Origin: Candidatus Limnocylindria bacterium | GTDB taxonomy: Bacteria > Acidobacteriota > Terriglobia > Acidiferrales > UBA7541 | Direction of reading: 5' to 3' | Length of the DNA: 64,000 bases | Assembly (NCBI GenBank): GCA_035490055.1 | Contig: DATHIB010000164.1 | Location: 29,380 to 93,379, forward strand | Translations under genes and position numbers: made by a program | Notes under the pieces: model-generated | The model's input: only the letters and a program-made list of their open reading frames with translations | Told to the model about the DNA's origin: nothing | Database searches by the model: none | In this document: positions 28,853 through 38,323 of the stretch, piece by piece | Numbering within the stretch: position 1 is the first letter of the stretch | How the letters are laid out: each line of letters starts with the position of its first letter

Positions 28853-30031
28853 TTGGAACTAGCGAGAATATTCGAATTCGTCTTTTGGGTCTGTGCGGGA
28901 CTCTTGGCTTATATCTATTTCGGATACCTCGTTCTGCTGACGTTGCTAGCTCGCTTATCGGAGAAAGCTACGCCTTCGGCTGATGTTCCTGAACCTTCGG
29001 TTACTCTTCTCGTTTCCGCATTCAACGAAAGCCAGGTAATTGCCGCCAAGCTGGAGAACGCGCTTGCCCTGGAGTACCCCTCTGATCAGCTTGAGATCCT
29101 GGTGGTCTCAGATGATTCGGATGACGGGACGGATGAAATCGTTCAACAATTTGTTTCTCAATCGAATGTGCGCTTGATCCGCCAGCATCCGCGCATGGGA
29201 AAGACGGCTGGCCTCAATCTTGGAGTTCCTCAGGCAAAGGGTCAAGTCCTCGTCTTTTCGGACGCCAACGCCCTCTACCAATCGGACGCGATTCGGCGTC
29301 TCGTGCGACATTTTTCAAACCCCAAGGTGGGGTATGTCGTGGGGAACGCAAGGTACTGCGAAAAAAACACGGAATCGTCTTCAGCAGAATCCGAGGGGCT
29401 CTATTGGAAACTCGAGACGTATTTAAAGAAAAAGGAATCTCTCTTTGGCTCAGTCGTTGGCGGCGATGGCGCGATTTATGCTATCCGGCGTGAATTGTAC
29501 TCGCCACTCTTGCCCACCGACATCAACGACTTCTTGAACCCGCTTCAGATTATCGCTCGCGGTTACACCGGTGTGTTTGAGCCGGCAGCGGTGTGTTACG
29601 AGGAGGCCGCTGAGAATTTCAGCCAGGAATATCGCCGCAAAGTCCGGATCATCAGCAGGAGCTTGAACGCCCTGCGGCGCATCCCTTCCGTGCTGAATCC
29701 ATTGAACAACACGCGACATTGGTTTCTATTGGTTTCGCACAAACTGCTGCGCTGGTTCGCGCCATTCTTCATGATATTGCTATTTGTTTCGAGTCTCGCG
29801 CTCTTGCAGTTTCCGGTCTATCGGGCCGCTGCGTTGTTGCAAGCCATTTTTTACGGTATGGCGCTGGTAGGCTGGCTGTGGAAGCCGCAGAAGCTCGGAA
29901 AGATTTTCTCCCTGGTCTTTTATTTTTGTATGGTCAATCTTGCGTCGCTGGTCGGCTGTGTGAAGTGTTTTCGAGGCGACCTTTCAAGGCAATGGGCGCC
30001 GCCACGGCAAAAGGTGCAGAATCAAACATAG
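28853..30031 (+). CDS. Membrane glycosyltransferase family 2 (IcaA/PgaC-like)
   Basis: N-terminal TM, VSAFNES, VVSDDSDD, FSDAN, GDGAIYAIRR, RKVRII, C-terminal TMs. TTG start at 28853 preferred over the 28415 extension. Confidence 0.85.
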   Translation: MELARIFEFVFWVCAGLLAYIYFGYLVLLTLLARLSEKATPSADVPEPSVTLLVSAFNESQVIAAKLENALALEYPSDQLEILVVSDDSDDGTDEIVQQFVSQSNVRLIRQHPRMGKTAGLNLGVPQAKGQVLVFSDANALYQSDAIRRLVRHFSNPKVGYVVGNARYCEKNTESSSAESEGLYWKLETYLKKKESLFGSVVGGDGAIYAIRRELYSPLLPTDINDFLNPLQIIARGYTGVFEPAAVCYEEAAENFSQEYRRKVRIISRSLNALRRIPSVLNPLNNTRHWFLLVSHKLLRWFAPFFMILLFVSSLALLQFPVYRAAALLQAIFYGMALVGWLWKPQKLGKIFSLVFYFCMVNLASLVGCVKCFRGDLSRQWAPPRQKVQNQT

Positions 30032-30119
30032 AGTCTGATTGAGTCGGTGAATCGAAAAGTGCATTGGCGCAGTGGGAAAGTCGCAGTGAGGACTCTCCCG
30101 TATTAATCCGCGGAGCTCG

Positions 30120-31409
30120 ATGAATACGGAGACTTTACAAGAGAAAGTACAACAGCAGGCGGTGCGGCCCATCCGTGTGCTACACGTGCTGGACCACTCG
30201 TGGCCTGTGCACACGGGTTATAGCATCCGCAGTCTTCATTTGGTTGCCGCGCAATATCGCCTTGGACTGCGTCCAAGAGTGCTGACTGGTCCCCTCCAAC
30301 TGGTAGACGACCCTGAAGCCGCAGACGCCGTCGTGGAAGACATCTCTTACCGGCGAACCCCGTACAGCGGGAGTTTCTCGGAGTGGGCCATCGCCCATCG
30401 GCTGCCACTCATTCGAGGGGCGGCCGTTGTGCAGCTTATCCGCAACAGGATTCTCGAGTTGCTGGAGAGCGAGCCCGTCGACATCATTCACGCGCATTCG
30501 CCGGCCCTCTGTGGTTTGGGTGCGCTGCTGGCCGCTCGTTCGAAAAACCTCCCCTTCGTTTACGAGTTGCGCGCGTTCTGGGAGGACGCCGCCGTCGATC
30601 AGAATAAAACCACCACCCGTTCTCTCCGCTACCGCCTGAGCCAGAAGCTCGAGGACTACGTTGTGCATCGCGCCGACGCGGTCGTGGGAATTTCGCAATC
30701 GATACTGGACGAACTCAAGAAAAGAAAAACAGATTCTGCAAGACTTTTTCATGTCCCGAATGGGGTCGACGTGGAGAAATTCTCTCCGATTTCCCGCGAC
30801 GAAAGCCTTGCCGCGAAACTCGGGCTCGGCAGCGATCCCGTCCTGGGTTTCATCGGCTCCCTTTACCGTTGGGAAGGGATAGCCTGGCTGGTGCGGGCCG
30901 TCGCGGAGCTTCGCCGTCGCGGAACAGCTTGCAAATTGCTGATTGTCGGCGACGGCGAAGAAATGGCCGCGGTCCGCGAAGCGGTGCGCGAGTTGAATGC
31001 GGAAGACTTTGTTCAAATTTTGGGAAGAGTGCCGCACGATGAAATCGAGCGCTACTATTCTGTGGTCGACGTGCTGGTCTACCCGCGGCACAGCATCCGG
31101 CTGACGGAGCTAGTCACCCCTCTGAAGCCGCTGGAAGCGATGGCGCTCGGGAAGGCCATCCTCGGAAGCGACGTGGGGGGGATGCGCGAACTGGTAAAGT
31201 CTGAGAGGACCGGCATCCTGTATCGTGCTGATAACGTTGAAGATTTTTGCCTGCAGGCCAAAAGGCTCCTGTCGCAGCCTAGTTTGCAACGCAAACTAGG
31301 CGAGGAAGCCCGGGAATTCATTTTGCGCGAAAAAGACTGGAAAGTACTCGCCCAGCGCTACATAGGCATCTACGACTCCGCGATTCGCAATCGCCAATGC
31401 TCAAATTGA
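30120..31409 (+). CDS. Glycosyltransferase family 4 (TIGR04063-like)
   Basis: RVLHVLDHSWPVHTGYSIRS, YELRAFWEDAAVD, TPLKPLEAMALGK. Confidence 0.9.
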   Translation: MNTETLQEKVQQQAVRPIRVLHVLDHSWPVHTGYSIRSLHLVAAQYRLGLRPRVLTGPLQLVDDPEAADAVVEDISYRRTPYSGSFSEWAIAHRLPLIRGAAVVQLIRNRILELLESEPVDIIHAHSPALCGLGALLAARSKNLPFVYELRAFWEDAAVDQNKTTTRSLRYRLSQKLEDYVVHRADAVVGISQSILDELKKRKTDSARLFHVPNGVDVEKFSPISRDESLAAKLGLGSDPVLGFIGSLYRWEGIAWLVRAVAELRRRGTACKLLIVGDGEEMAAVREAVRELNAEDFVQILGRVPHDEIERYYSVVDVLVYPRHSIRLTELVTPLKPLEAMALGKAILGSDVGGMRELVKSERTGILYRADNVEDFCLQAKRLLSQPSLQRKLGEEAREFILREKDWKVLAQRYIGIYDSAIRNRQCSN

Positions 31410-31995
31410 TTTTCAACTGACTGGTTCGCGCAGATCCTCCCGGCCGTGCAGATGCCATTTTTGTTCTCGCTGGATTCAAGGTCCGCAAACTCTACGCAAT
31501 TCAACTCTTGCACCAGTCAATTGCGCCGCGCGTTCTCTTCAGTGTCGGCTGGTTCGAGATTCGCCGCTTTCCGGAATTGGGATTGCCGCAGAGAATCGAT
31601 TTGCTGCAGAGGGCGCAGAGCACCCCCCCGCCGCAACGCCATTTCTTTGTTCTGTTCGAGAATCAACAGTTCAGCGTACAGCGCATCCCCGTCAGGACTC
31701 TGGGCACGCTGGGCGAAATCGATGCTCTCGCGGATTGGCTCGGCGCGCATCCGGAAATTTCGTCGCTGCTGGTCGTTATTGCCGCGGCCCGCACCAGTGG
31801 CGCTTGCGCATCTGTTGCCGCGTGATACTGCCTCGAAATATAAAAACCGGTGTTCTCGTCGCGCCTGAAGAAAGCGCTGAACCGAATCAGCGAAATTGGT
31901 GGAATGACGCTCCAATGCGCAAGATCGTCTTTTCCGAATGGATCAAGATTCCCTGCTACCTGGTTTTTCTGCCGTTCTGGAAATTGGCGAGGTAA
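31397..31995 (+). pseudogene. YdcF/DUF218 (ElyC/SanA-like) pseudogene with a nonsense codon and a frameshift
   Basis: ATG 31397: MLKLIFN*LVRADPPGRADAIFVLAG (TGA at 31418 where Trp is expected) ...GTLGEIDAL...SLLVVIA. A 1-nt deletion near 31784 then shifts into GPHQWRLR...WW...FSEWIKIPCY, ending TAA 31995. Confidence 0.75.
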
Positions 31996-32053
31996 TAGCG
32001 ATCGAAAACGGTTTCATCGACCGCGCCCCACTGATTCTCGAGACTCGCTCTCG

Positions 32054-33253
32054 CTATTGCCGCACTTTCGATTCGAGAAAAGCTTGGACCTCCGCGGCAA
32101 CTGCATCCCAACTGCGCAATCGCGAGTGCCGTGCAATTTCCTCTCGATTCCACGTCTTGGTGAGAGCCCGTTCCAGTCCCGCCGCGATCGAATCCACATC
32201 TCGTTCGGCAAGAATTCCGAAATCGGAAGACGTGATAATTTCCGGAATTCCTCCCGTGCGCGTTGCCAAAACAGGCGTGCCGCAGGCGAGCGCTTCTGAA
32301 ACGACATTCGGCCAGCCTTCGCGCGAACTCATCAGACAACTAATATTCGCCGCGCTGAACCAGAGACTTAGTTCTTCATTTGGCCTATTGCCCAAGAGAA
32401 AGACGCGGTCTTGCAACTGCTGTTCGCGCACCAATTCTTCAAGTCTCGAGCGCAAGACTCCCTCGCCGATGACATATAGACGGAGTTTTGGTAAGCGCTG
32501 AGCGAGTTCGGCGACAGCAGCTATGAGCAGGTGATGCCCTTTGGATTCGATCAAGGAGCCGACCGAAAGGGCGATGGGTCCTTCTTCCGGCAGCCCTAAG
32601 CTTCTGCGCGATGCCTCGGCATTCTGGGGCTGAAAGCGCTCCACATCTACTCCATTGGAGATCACCCGAATTTTCTCATCGGGTACTCCCAATTGAGTCA
32701 TTTTGTTCTTCAGGTCCGCGGACACCGCAATGGCGCCAGCGGCGTTCCTAAGGGTCCACCGCAGCATCGGGCGAATGAGGGGAAAGGAAGGGTAAACATT
32801 GATGTCCGTGCCGCGCGCTGAAACGATGACTGGCAGGGCCAAGATTCTGCCAAGCAGAACAGCTGCAAACCCATCGGGATAGACGAAGTGAGCATCGATG
32901 CAGTCAAATTTCCTTTCCTTATGCAGCCGCTGCGCGAGTGCCAAGCATCCAAGGAATACCAGCATGCCGTGTAGTGGCATGCTGATACCTGTGGCGAGTG
33001 GATAGCGAGGATGATGGACGCGAATGCCGTCGATCTCCTCCAGGTGCGGGATCAGGCCGAAGTGTTGCCACCGTGTCAAGTGCCACCAAGATGGGAAATA
33101 GGGCACAGGAGCGATTACCTCTAGAGTATTTCCGGGACGGCGCGCGAGGTGGAGCCCACGTTGGTGGATGAAGACTCCCTGAAGGGGGTTGATCTTGTTG
33201 GGGTACAAACTTGTGAACGTCAGGATTCGCAAGCGCAATCCATAGGATCCCAA
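32054..33253 (-). CDS. Glycosyltransferase family 4 (TuaC-like)
   Basis: ILTFTSLYP, DAHFVYPDG, SARGTDIN, REGWPNVVSEALACGTPV. Confidence 0.9.
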   Translation of the reverse strand: MGSYGLRLRILTFTSLYPNKINPLQGVFIHQRGLHLARRPGNTLEVIAPVPYFPSWWHLTRWQHFGLIPHLEEIDGIRVHHPRYPLATGISMPLHGMLVFLGCLALAQRLHKERKFDCIDAHFVYPDGFAAVLLGRILALPVIVSARGTDINVYPSFPLIRPMLRWTLRNAAGAIAVSADLKNKMTQLGVPDEKIRVISNGVDVERFQPQNAEASRRSLGLPEEGPIALSVGSLIESKGHHLLIAAVAELAQRLPKLRLYVIGEGVLRSRLEELVREQQLQDRVFLLGNRPNEELSLWFSAANISCLMSSREGWPNVVSEALACGTPVLATRTGGIPEIITSSDFGILAERDVDSIAAGLERALTKTWNREEIARHSRLRSWDAVAAEVQAFLESKVRQ

Positions 33254-33572
33254 TTCGTTCCCGGAGGGACATCAAATTCGATCGCCCTGATACTTCCTAA
33301 AATTGCGAACGGTGGCATCACGACACCTTTTCGTTCCGTACTAGCGAGACTAGCATATTCGGACTGAGCCTTGACGAGGCTGCCGAGCCGGATCTTCCTC
33401 GCGACGCTATTTTCAGTCAGATCCCCGCACACCCGAGAAGGAAGTTGTTTTCTTATACTCTTCCAGATTGTGCTAAAAGATCCGCAGTTTCTTCGCTGGC
33501 GGCGCAAGCATCATTTCAATATCTTTTTTGTTTACAATCACTTATGGGCCTAGCCGGCTCTAGACCACCTCA

Positions 33573-33588
33573 TGGAAGGCCAATTGCA
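33573..33588 (+). promoter_or_regulatory. sigma54-type box for the deacetylase
   Basis: TGGAAGGCCAATTGCA. Confidence 0.55.
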
Positions 33589-33600
33589 CCATTTCTTCCA
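33585..33600 (-). promoter_or_regulatory. sigma54-type box for the leftward GT4
   Basis: Minus strand TGGAAGAAATGGTGCA. Shares its GC (33586-33587) with the plus-strand box. Confidence 0.5.
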
Positions 33601-33679
33601 AGTTGAAATATGAGCGAGAAACCAGCCGTTTGTACTGCAACAGGTGTCGGAGTCTAATGCTCAGATCTTGTCGCATTTG

Positions 33680-34537
33680 ATGAAAAACGCCCTCACAATC
33701 GATCTAGAAGATTACTTCCACGTCAGCGCCTACGCGGGTAAAGTGCGTATGGAGGAATGGGACTCTTATCCCAGCCGAGTGGAGCAAAACACCGATCGGC
33801 TTCTGGAGTTGCTGGCGGAGCATAACTGCCTGGCGACTTTTTTTGTTTTGGGTTGGGTGGCGGAGAAAAAGCCGGAGGTTGTGGCGCGCGTTGCCGACGC
33901 AGGGCATGAGATCGCCTGCCACAGTATGCTGCACCGACGCATTTTCGATTTGACACCCCAAGAATTCCGCGAAGATACGCGCCGCGCAAAAACCGTCATT
34001 GAGGACACGACGGGAAAGCAAGTTGTTGGATATCGAGCTCCAAGTTTCTCCGTGACAAAGAAATCGTCCTGGGCGCTGGATATTCTTGTCGAAGAAGGAT
34101 TTCAGTACGATTCGAGCATATTCCCGGTAGAGCACCCTTCCTATGGGATTCCCGATGCGCCTCGGACTCCTTACTGGATCTACACCGCCAGCGGACCAAT
34201 TCTAGAGTTCCCCATGCCGACGTTGGCGATGGGATCGAAGAGGTCGCCGATCGGTGGCGGAGCCTATCTACGGCTGCTGCCATATAGCTACACACTCAGA
34301 TCGATCCGGTACTTGAATCAGCACGAGGATTCTCCGGTCTGCGTCTACATTCATCCCTGGGAGCTGGATCCGGAGCAACCCCGGATGGGCGGGAGCCTCT
34401 CGGCGCGAGCGCGACACTATTTCGGTCTAGGAGGGACAGAAACCAAGTTGCGAAAGCTAATCCGAGACGTGGAGTTTTGCCCCCTTGCCGCGCTCGTCAG
34501 CCAACTCAGCCATGTCGAAGACCTTGTGTCGGTTTAG
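33680..34537 (+). CDS. Polysaccharide deacetylase, PEP-CTERM-locus subfamily (DUF3473, TIGR03006-like)
   Basis: NALTIDLEDYFHV, ATFFVLGWVAE, GYRAPSFS, GGGAYLRLLPY, YIHPWELDP. Start at ATG 33680 (GTG 33644 alternative). Confidence 0.9.
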   Translation: MKNALTIDLEDYFHVSAYAGKVRMEEWDSYPSRVEQNTDRLLELLAEHNCLATFFVLGWVAEKKPEVVARVADAGHEIACHSMLHRRIFDLTPQEFREDTRRAKTVIEDTTGKQVVGYRAPSFSVTKKSSWALDILVEEGFQYDSSIFPVEHPSYGIPDAPRTPYWIYTASGPILEFPMPTLAMGSKRSPIGGGAYLRLLPYSYTLRSIRYLNQHEDSPVCVYIHPWELDPEQPRMGGSLSARARHYFGLGGTETKLRKLIRDVEFCPLAALVSQLSHVEDLVSV

Positions 34538-34596
34538 AGCAGCCCGTCCTATAAGTGCCTCATTTCCCGCGTAGTGTGGGTCGAATTGAAGTAATT

Positions 34597-34721
34597 CTTT
34601 AGAATCAGCAAGAACTACCCCTCTACCCCTATATTTGATAAAGAGTGTGGAATTGATTGATTCTAAAAGAATTCACGAAAACGCCTCTGCAAAAGAGTGC
34701 GTAACTGACTGATTCTAAAGG
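34597..34721. repeat. Intergenic ~27-bp direct repeat plus an inverted core copy
   Basis: AAGAGTGTGGAATTGATTGATTCTAAA (34641) and AAGAGTGCGTAACTGACTGATTCTAAA (34693), 52 bp apart. CTGATTCTAAAG also occurs inverted at 34597-34608. Confidence 0.75.
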
Positions 34722-35149
34722 ATCAAGAATTGCATACGACCTCGCGCAAGGAGAGGAGTGCGCAATAGACAGAAAAGAAATAGGATACTTCAAAATTAAG
34801 AATAGGGTTGGGAATTGCCCCCGGAGAGGGCCGCAAATTCTGCGATGACTGGCAGTGCTCCCTAGCAGCAATTATGGCGCACAGGAATGCGAAGTCAAAG
34901 ATCACTCCAGCCATGTAGAGGCGAATTTGCCTCGACGGTGAAGCACCGGAAAGGGATTGCGACTCGAGAAGGCGGGGGTAGAGGCGGGATTCCTGCGCCA
35001 GGTCTCGGACGGTGGCGAGCGAGTGAAAATGGGTGCCGCTAAGGGGAAAGCGGTTGGACGTATCCTTTTGGAGTCCGCCTGGTAATTTGAGCGAATTTTC
35101 CTAAGTCCATATTATACAATGGTTTAGAATGTGCGAGACGAGGACCTGC

Positions 35150-35165
35150 TGGTACGCTGCATGCT
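35150..35165 (+). promoter_or_regulatory. sigma54-type box for the nucleotide-sugar/ABC operon
   Basis: TGGTACGCTGCATGCT, near-canonical TGGCACG-N4-TTGCT, ~160 bp before 35328. Confidence 0.55.
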
Positions 35166-35327
35166 TACTTGAAGGGGAGTGTGGGTGTCAGTCTGACTAG
35201 TCATTATGGTACAGGTTAGACTAGCTAGAACTGGCGCGGCCGACAGTCCGAGCAAGCACAATTCAATTGCTTTCGGTTTCAAGAGTTGGCGGGTTGATGG
35301 AATTCCCGAGAATCCAGGAATGGTGGA

Positions 35328-36389
35328 ATGCGGATACTTATCACGGGTCATAAAGGCTATATCGGAACGGTGATGGCGCCGCTGCTGGCGGATGCCGGGC
35401 ACGAAGTCGCCGGACTGGACAGCGATCTCTTCGAGAAATGCACATTTGGAGAGGCCCCGCGGGAGTTTCCTTCGGTACGAAAAGACCTGCGTGATGTTCA
35501 GGCTGCGGACCTGAAGGGATTCGACGCTGTGATTCACCTGGCGGGGCTCTCGAACGATCCGCTGGGCAACCTGAATCCGAACTTGACGTACGACATCAAT
35601 TACCACGCCTCGGTGCGGCTCGCGCGGCTTGCAAAGGAAGTTGGGGTCGAGCGCTACTTGTTTTCCTCATCCTGCAGCACGTATGGCGCGGCGGGCGACA
35701 AGATTCTGGATGAGACGGCGGAATTCAATCCAGTCACGCCCTATGGGCGCTCGAAGGTGCTGGTGGAACAGGAAGTGTCGCAACTGGCGAGTGCGGAATT
35801 CAGCCCGGTGTTTCTGCGCAACGCGACGGCGTACGGTGTGTCGCCGCGCTTGCGGTTTGACCTCGTGCTGAACAACTTGACGGCGTGGGCGCTGACGACG
35901 GGCCGCGTGTTCATCAAGAGCGATGGGACGCCGTGGCGGCCGATCGTGCATATCGAAGACATCTCTAGCGCATTTCTGGCAGCGCTCGAAGCGCCGCGCG
36001 AGCTGATTCACAATCAAGCCTTCAACGTGGGCCGCAGCGAAGAGAATTACCAGATCCGCGACCTGGCCGAGATCGTGAAGGAAACGGTTCCGGGCTGCAC
36101 GATTGAGTTTGCGGCGGATGCGGGTCCAGACAAGCGCTGTTACCGCGCTGATTTCTCCCGCATTGCCAGGACGCTGCCGGCATTTCAGCCGAAGTGGGAC
36201 GCCCGGCGCGGCGCGCGCGAACTTTACGAGGCCTACAAGAAGGTGGACCTGCGCGTCGAGGACTTCGAAGGTGCGCGCTACAAGCGCATCGACCATATTC
36301 AAGGATTGCTGGCATCGAGACGCTTGAATGCGGACCTGCGCTGGCAGGCTGTGGAAACCGAACACGTGCTGCAAGCGAAGAATTCCTGA
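35328..36389 (+). CDS. NAD-dependent epimerase/dehydratase (extended SDR)
   Basis: TGHKGYIG (GxxGxxG), SSCSTYG, YGRSK (YxxxK). Confidence 0.9.
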   Translation: MRILITGHKGYIGTVMAPLLADAGHEVAGLDSDLFEKCTFGEAPREFPSVRKDLRDVQAADLKGFDAVIHLAGLSNDPLGNLNPNLTYDINYHASVRLARLAKEVGVERYLFSSSCSTYGAAGDKILDETAEFNPVTPYGRSKVLVEQEVSQLASAEFSPVFLRNATAYGVSPRLRFDLVLNNLTAWALTTGRVFIKSDGTPWRPIVHIEDISSAFLAALEAPRELIHNQAFNVGRSEENYQIRDLAEIVKETVPGCTIEFAADAGPDKRCYRADFSRIARTLPAFQPKWDARRGARELYEAYKKVDLRVEDFEGARYKRIDHIQGLLASRRLNADLRWQAVETEHVLQAKNS

Positions 36390-36417
36390 AGTGCCCTCGA
36401 CGAGCGGCTGGTGAGAT

Positions 36418-36948
36418 TTGATTTTTACGGAGACTAAGCTGGCCGGCGCATTCCTCATCGAACTGGAACGACGCACGGACCGCCGCGGTTTTTTCGCCCG
36501 GACATTTTGCCAGAAGGAATTCGAGGCATACGGCCTGAATACCCAAGTAGTGCAGTGCAACGTTTCCTTCAACAAGCGGAAAGGCACGCTGCGAGGAATG
36601 CATTACCAGGCAGCGCCGTTCGCGGAGGCGAAGCTGGTGCGGTGCGCTTCGGGGTCAATCTATGACGTCATCATCGACTTGCGGCCTGCCTCGCCGACGT
36701 TCAAGCAGTATTTCGCGGTGGAACTCTCCGCGGAAAACCGCAGGATGCTGTACATCCCGGAAGCTTTTGCACACGGGTTTCAAACATTGCAGGACGACAC
36801 CGAAGTTTTCTACCAGATGGCGCAGCAATATTCGGCGGAACATGCGCGAGGCGCGCGCTGGAACGATCCAGCTTTCGGAATTGAATGGCCTGAGGGCGAG
36901 CGGATTATCATCGATCGAGATCAAAACTATCCCGACTTCGTTTCATGA
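36418..36948 (+). CDS. rfbC: NDP-4-keto-6-deoxyhexose 3,5-epimerase
   Basis: DRRGFFAR, GTLRGMHYQ, LYIPEAFAHGFQTL, ARWNDP. Confidence 0.92.
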   Translation: MIFTETKLAGAFLIELERRTDRRGFFARTFCQKEFEAYGLNTQVVQCNVSFNKRKGTLRGMHYQAAPFAEAKLVRCASGSIYDVIIDLRPASPTFKQYFAVELSAENRRMLYIPEAFAHGFQTLQDDTEVFYQMAQQYSAEHARGARWNDPAFGIEWPEGERIIIDRDQNYPDFVS

Positions 36949-36964
36949 GAGCGGCCAGGAAATC

Positions 36965-38302
36965 TTGAATCTAAGCGAACTCCAAAGCGGTTTAGATCCC
37001 CTGGCTGAGGGCCAAGCGATGTACAGCTTGATCTCCGAGCTCTATCCCATCTGCCGCAGCATCACCGGCAATGGCCTCCGGCAGAGCCTCCGGCTGCTCC
37101 AGCGGCAAATCCCCCTTGAGCTGCGAGAAGTTCCCACCGGCACGCTGGTGTTTGATTGGAGTGTGCCAAAAGAATGGAATATCCGCGATGCCTATGTGAA
37201 AAACTCCCGAGGCGAGCGGGTCATAGATTTCCAGAAGTCGAATTTGCACGTCGTCAACTACAGCGTTCCCGTCCGCGAGCGGATGCCGCTGTCTGAATTG
37301 AAAAAGCACTTGTTCACGCTCCCCGCTCATCCCCAATGGATTCCTTACCGGACTTCCTACTACAAGGAGACCTGGGGATTCTGCCTTTCCGAACGGCAGC
37401 TGACGGAGCTGAAAGACGAGGAGTACGAAGTCTGCATCGACTCCAGCTTGGAAGACGGTCAATTGACCTACGGCGAGTGCTACTTGCCGGGAGAGACGCA
37501 CGATGAATTTTTGATTTCCTGCCACGCGTGCCACCCGTCACTGTGCAATGACAATCTTTCCGGGATAGCGCTTGCCGTTTCGCTCGCGCGCTTCCTGGGA
37601 TCCGCGCCGCGCCGCTATTCCTATCGCTTTCTTTTCATTCCAGGCACGATCGGCGCCATCACGTGGCTCGCGAAAAATGAAGACAAGATTTCCCACATCA
37701 AGCACGGACTGGTGCTAACGGGCGTTGGCGATGCCGGACCGCTGCACTATAAGAAGAGCCGCAAGGGCACGGCAGACATCGATCGGGCGGCGGCCCATGT
37801 ACTCCAGCGTTTTGGACAACCGCACCAGGTTCTGGATTTCTCGCCCTACGGCTACGACGAGCGCCAATACTGCTCGCCGGGAATCAATCTCCCTGTTGGA
37901 AGGCTGTCACGCACTCCCCACGGTACCTTTCCGGAATACCACACTTCCGCCGACAACTTGGAATTCGTCCACCCCGATAAACTGGGTGAAGCATTGATGG
38001 TTAGCCTGGAAATTTTGTCAGTCCTGGAGAATAACGGAACTTTTGTGAATGTAAACCCCAAGTGCGAGCCGCAGCTTGGAAAGCGAGGCCTGTACCGCAT
38101 GGTTGGAGGCTCCGCCGACGCCGGACTGAGCGAAATGGCGATGCTGTGGGTTCTCAATCAATCCGACGGGAAAAACTCGCTGCTCGATATCGCGGAGCGG
38201 GCGGGAATGAGTTTCCATGTCATTCGCAGGGCTGCCGAAGCCCTTCAGGAACACCAATTGTTGCGGAAAGATTTCAAGTCTGTGCCGCAGGCCGCACGTT
38301 GA
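36965..38302 (+). CDS. DUF4910 / DUF2172 M28-like protein with C-terminal wHTH
   Basis: ELYPICRSITGNG, HACHPSLCNDNLSG, GYDERQYCSPG, EYHTSAD. TTG start at 36965 (ATG 37019 alternative); the 36662 extension overlaps rfbC. Confidence 0.82.
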   Translation: MNLSELQSGLDPLAEGQAMYSLISELYPICRSITGNGLRQSLRLLQRQIPLELREVPTGTLVFDWSVPKEWNIRDAYVKNSRGERVIDFQKSNLHVVNYSVPVRERMPLSELKKHLFTLPAHPQWIPYRTSYYKETWGFCLSERQLTELKDEEYEVCIDSSLEDGQLTYGECYLPGETHDEFLISCHACHPSLCNDNLSGIALAVSLARFLGSAPRRYSYRFLFIPGTIGAITWLAKNEDKISHIKHGLVLTGVGDAGPLHYKKSRKGTADIDRAAAHVLQRFGQPHQVLDFSPYGYDERQYCSPGINLPVGRLSRTPHGTFPEYHTSADNLEFVHPDKLGEALMVSLEILSVLENNGTFVNVNPKCEPQLGKRGLYRMVGGSADAGLSEMAMLWVLNQSDGKNSLLDIAERAGMSFHVIRRAAEALQEHQLLRKDFKSVPQAAR

Positions 38303-38323
38303 GCTTGCGGAAAGGATAACGTC

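Noticed and set aside
31517-31915. 132-aa minus-strand ORF as a gap-filling gene
   Set aside because: The plus-strand fragments reconstruct a coherent YdcF-like protein; the minus ORF has no recognisable features.
34875-34890. Additional sigma54-like candidates (34875, 9795-9808, 28772)
   Set aside because: GG-to-GC spacing is 9 or 11 rather than the required 10.
34538-35327. JUMPstart/ops (RfaH) element ahead of the long polysaccharide operon
   Set aside because: No GGCGGTAG match found; the nearest sequence (GGCGGGGGTAG) does not fit.
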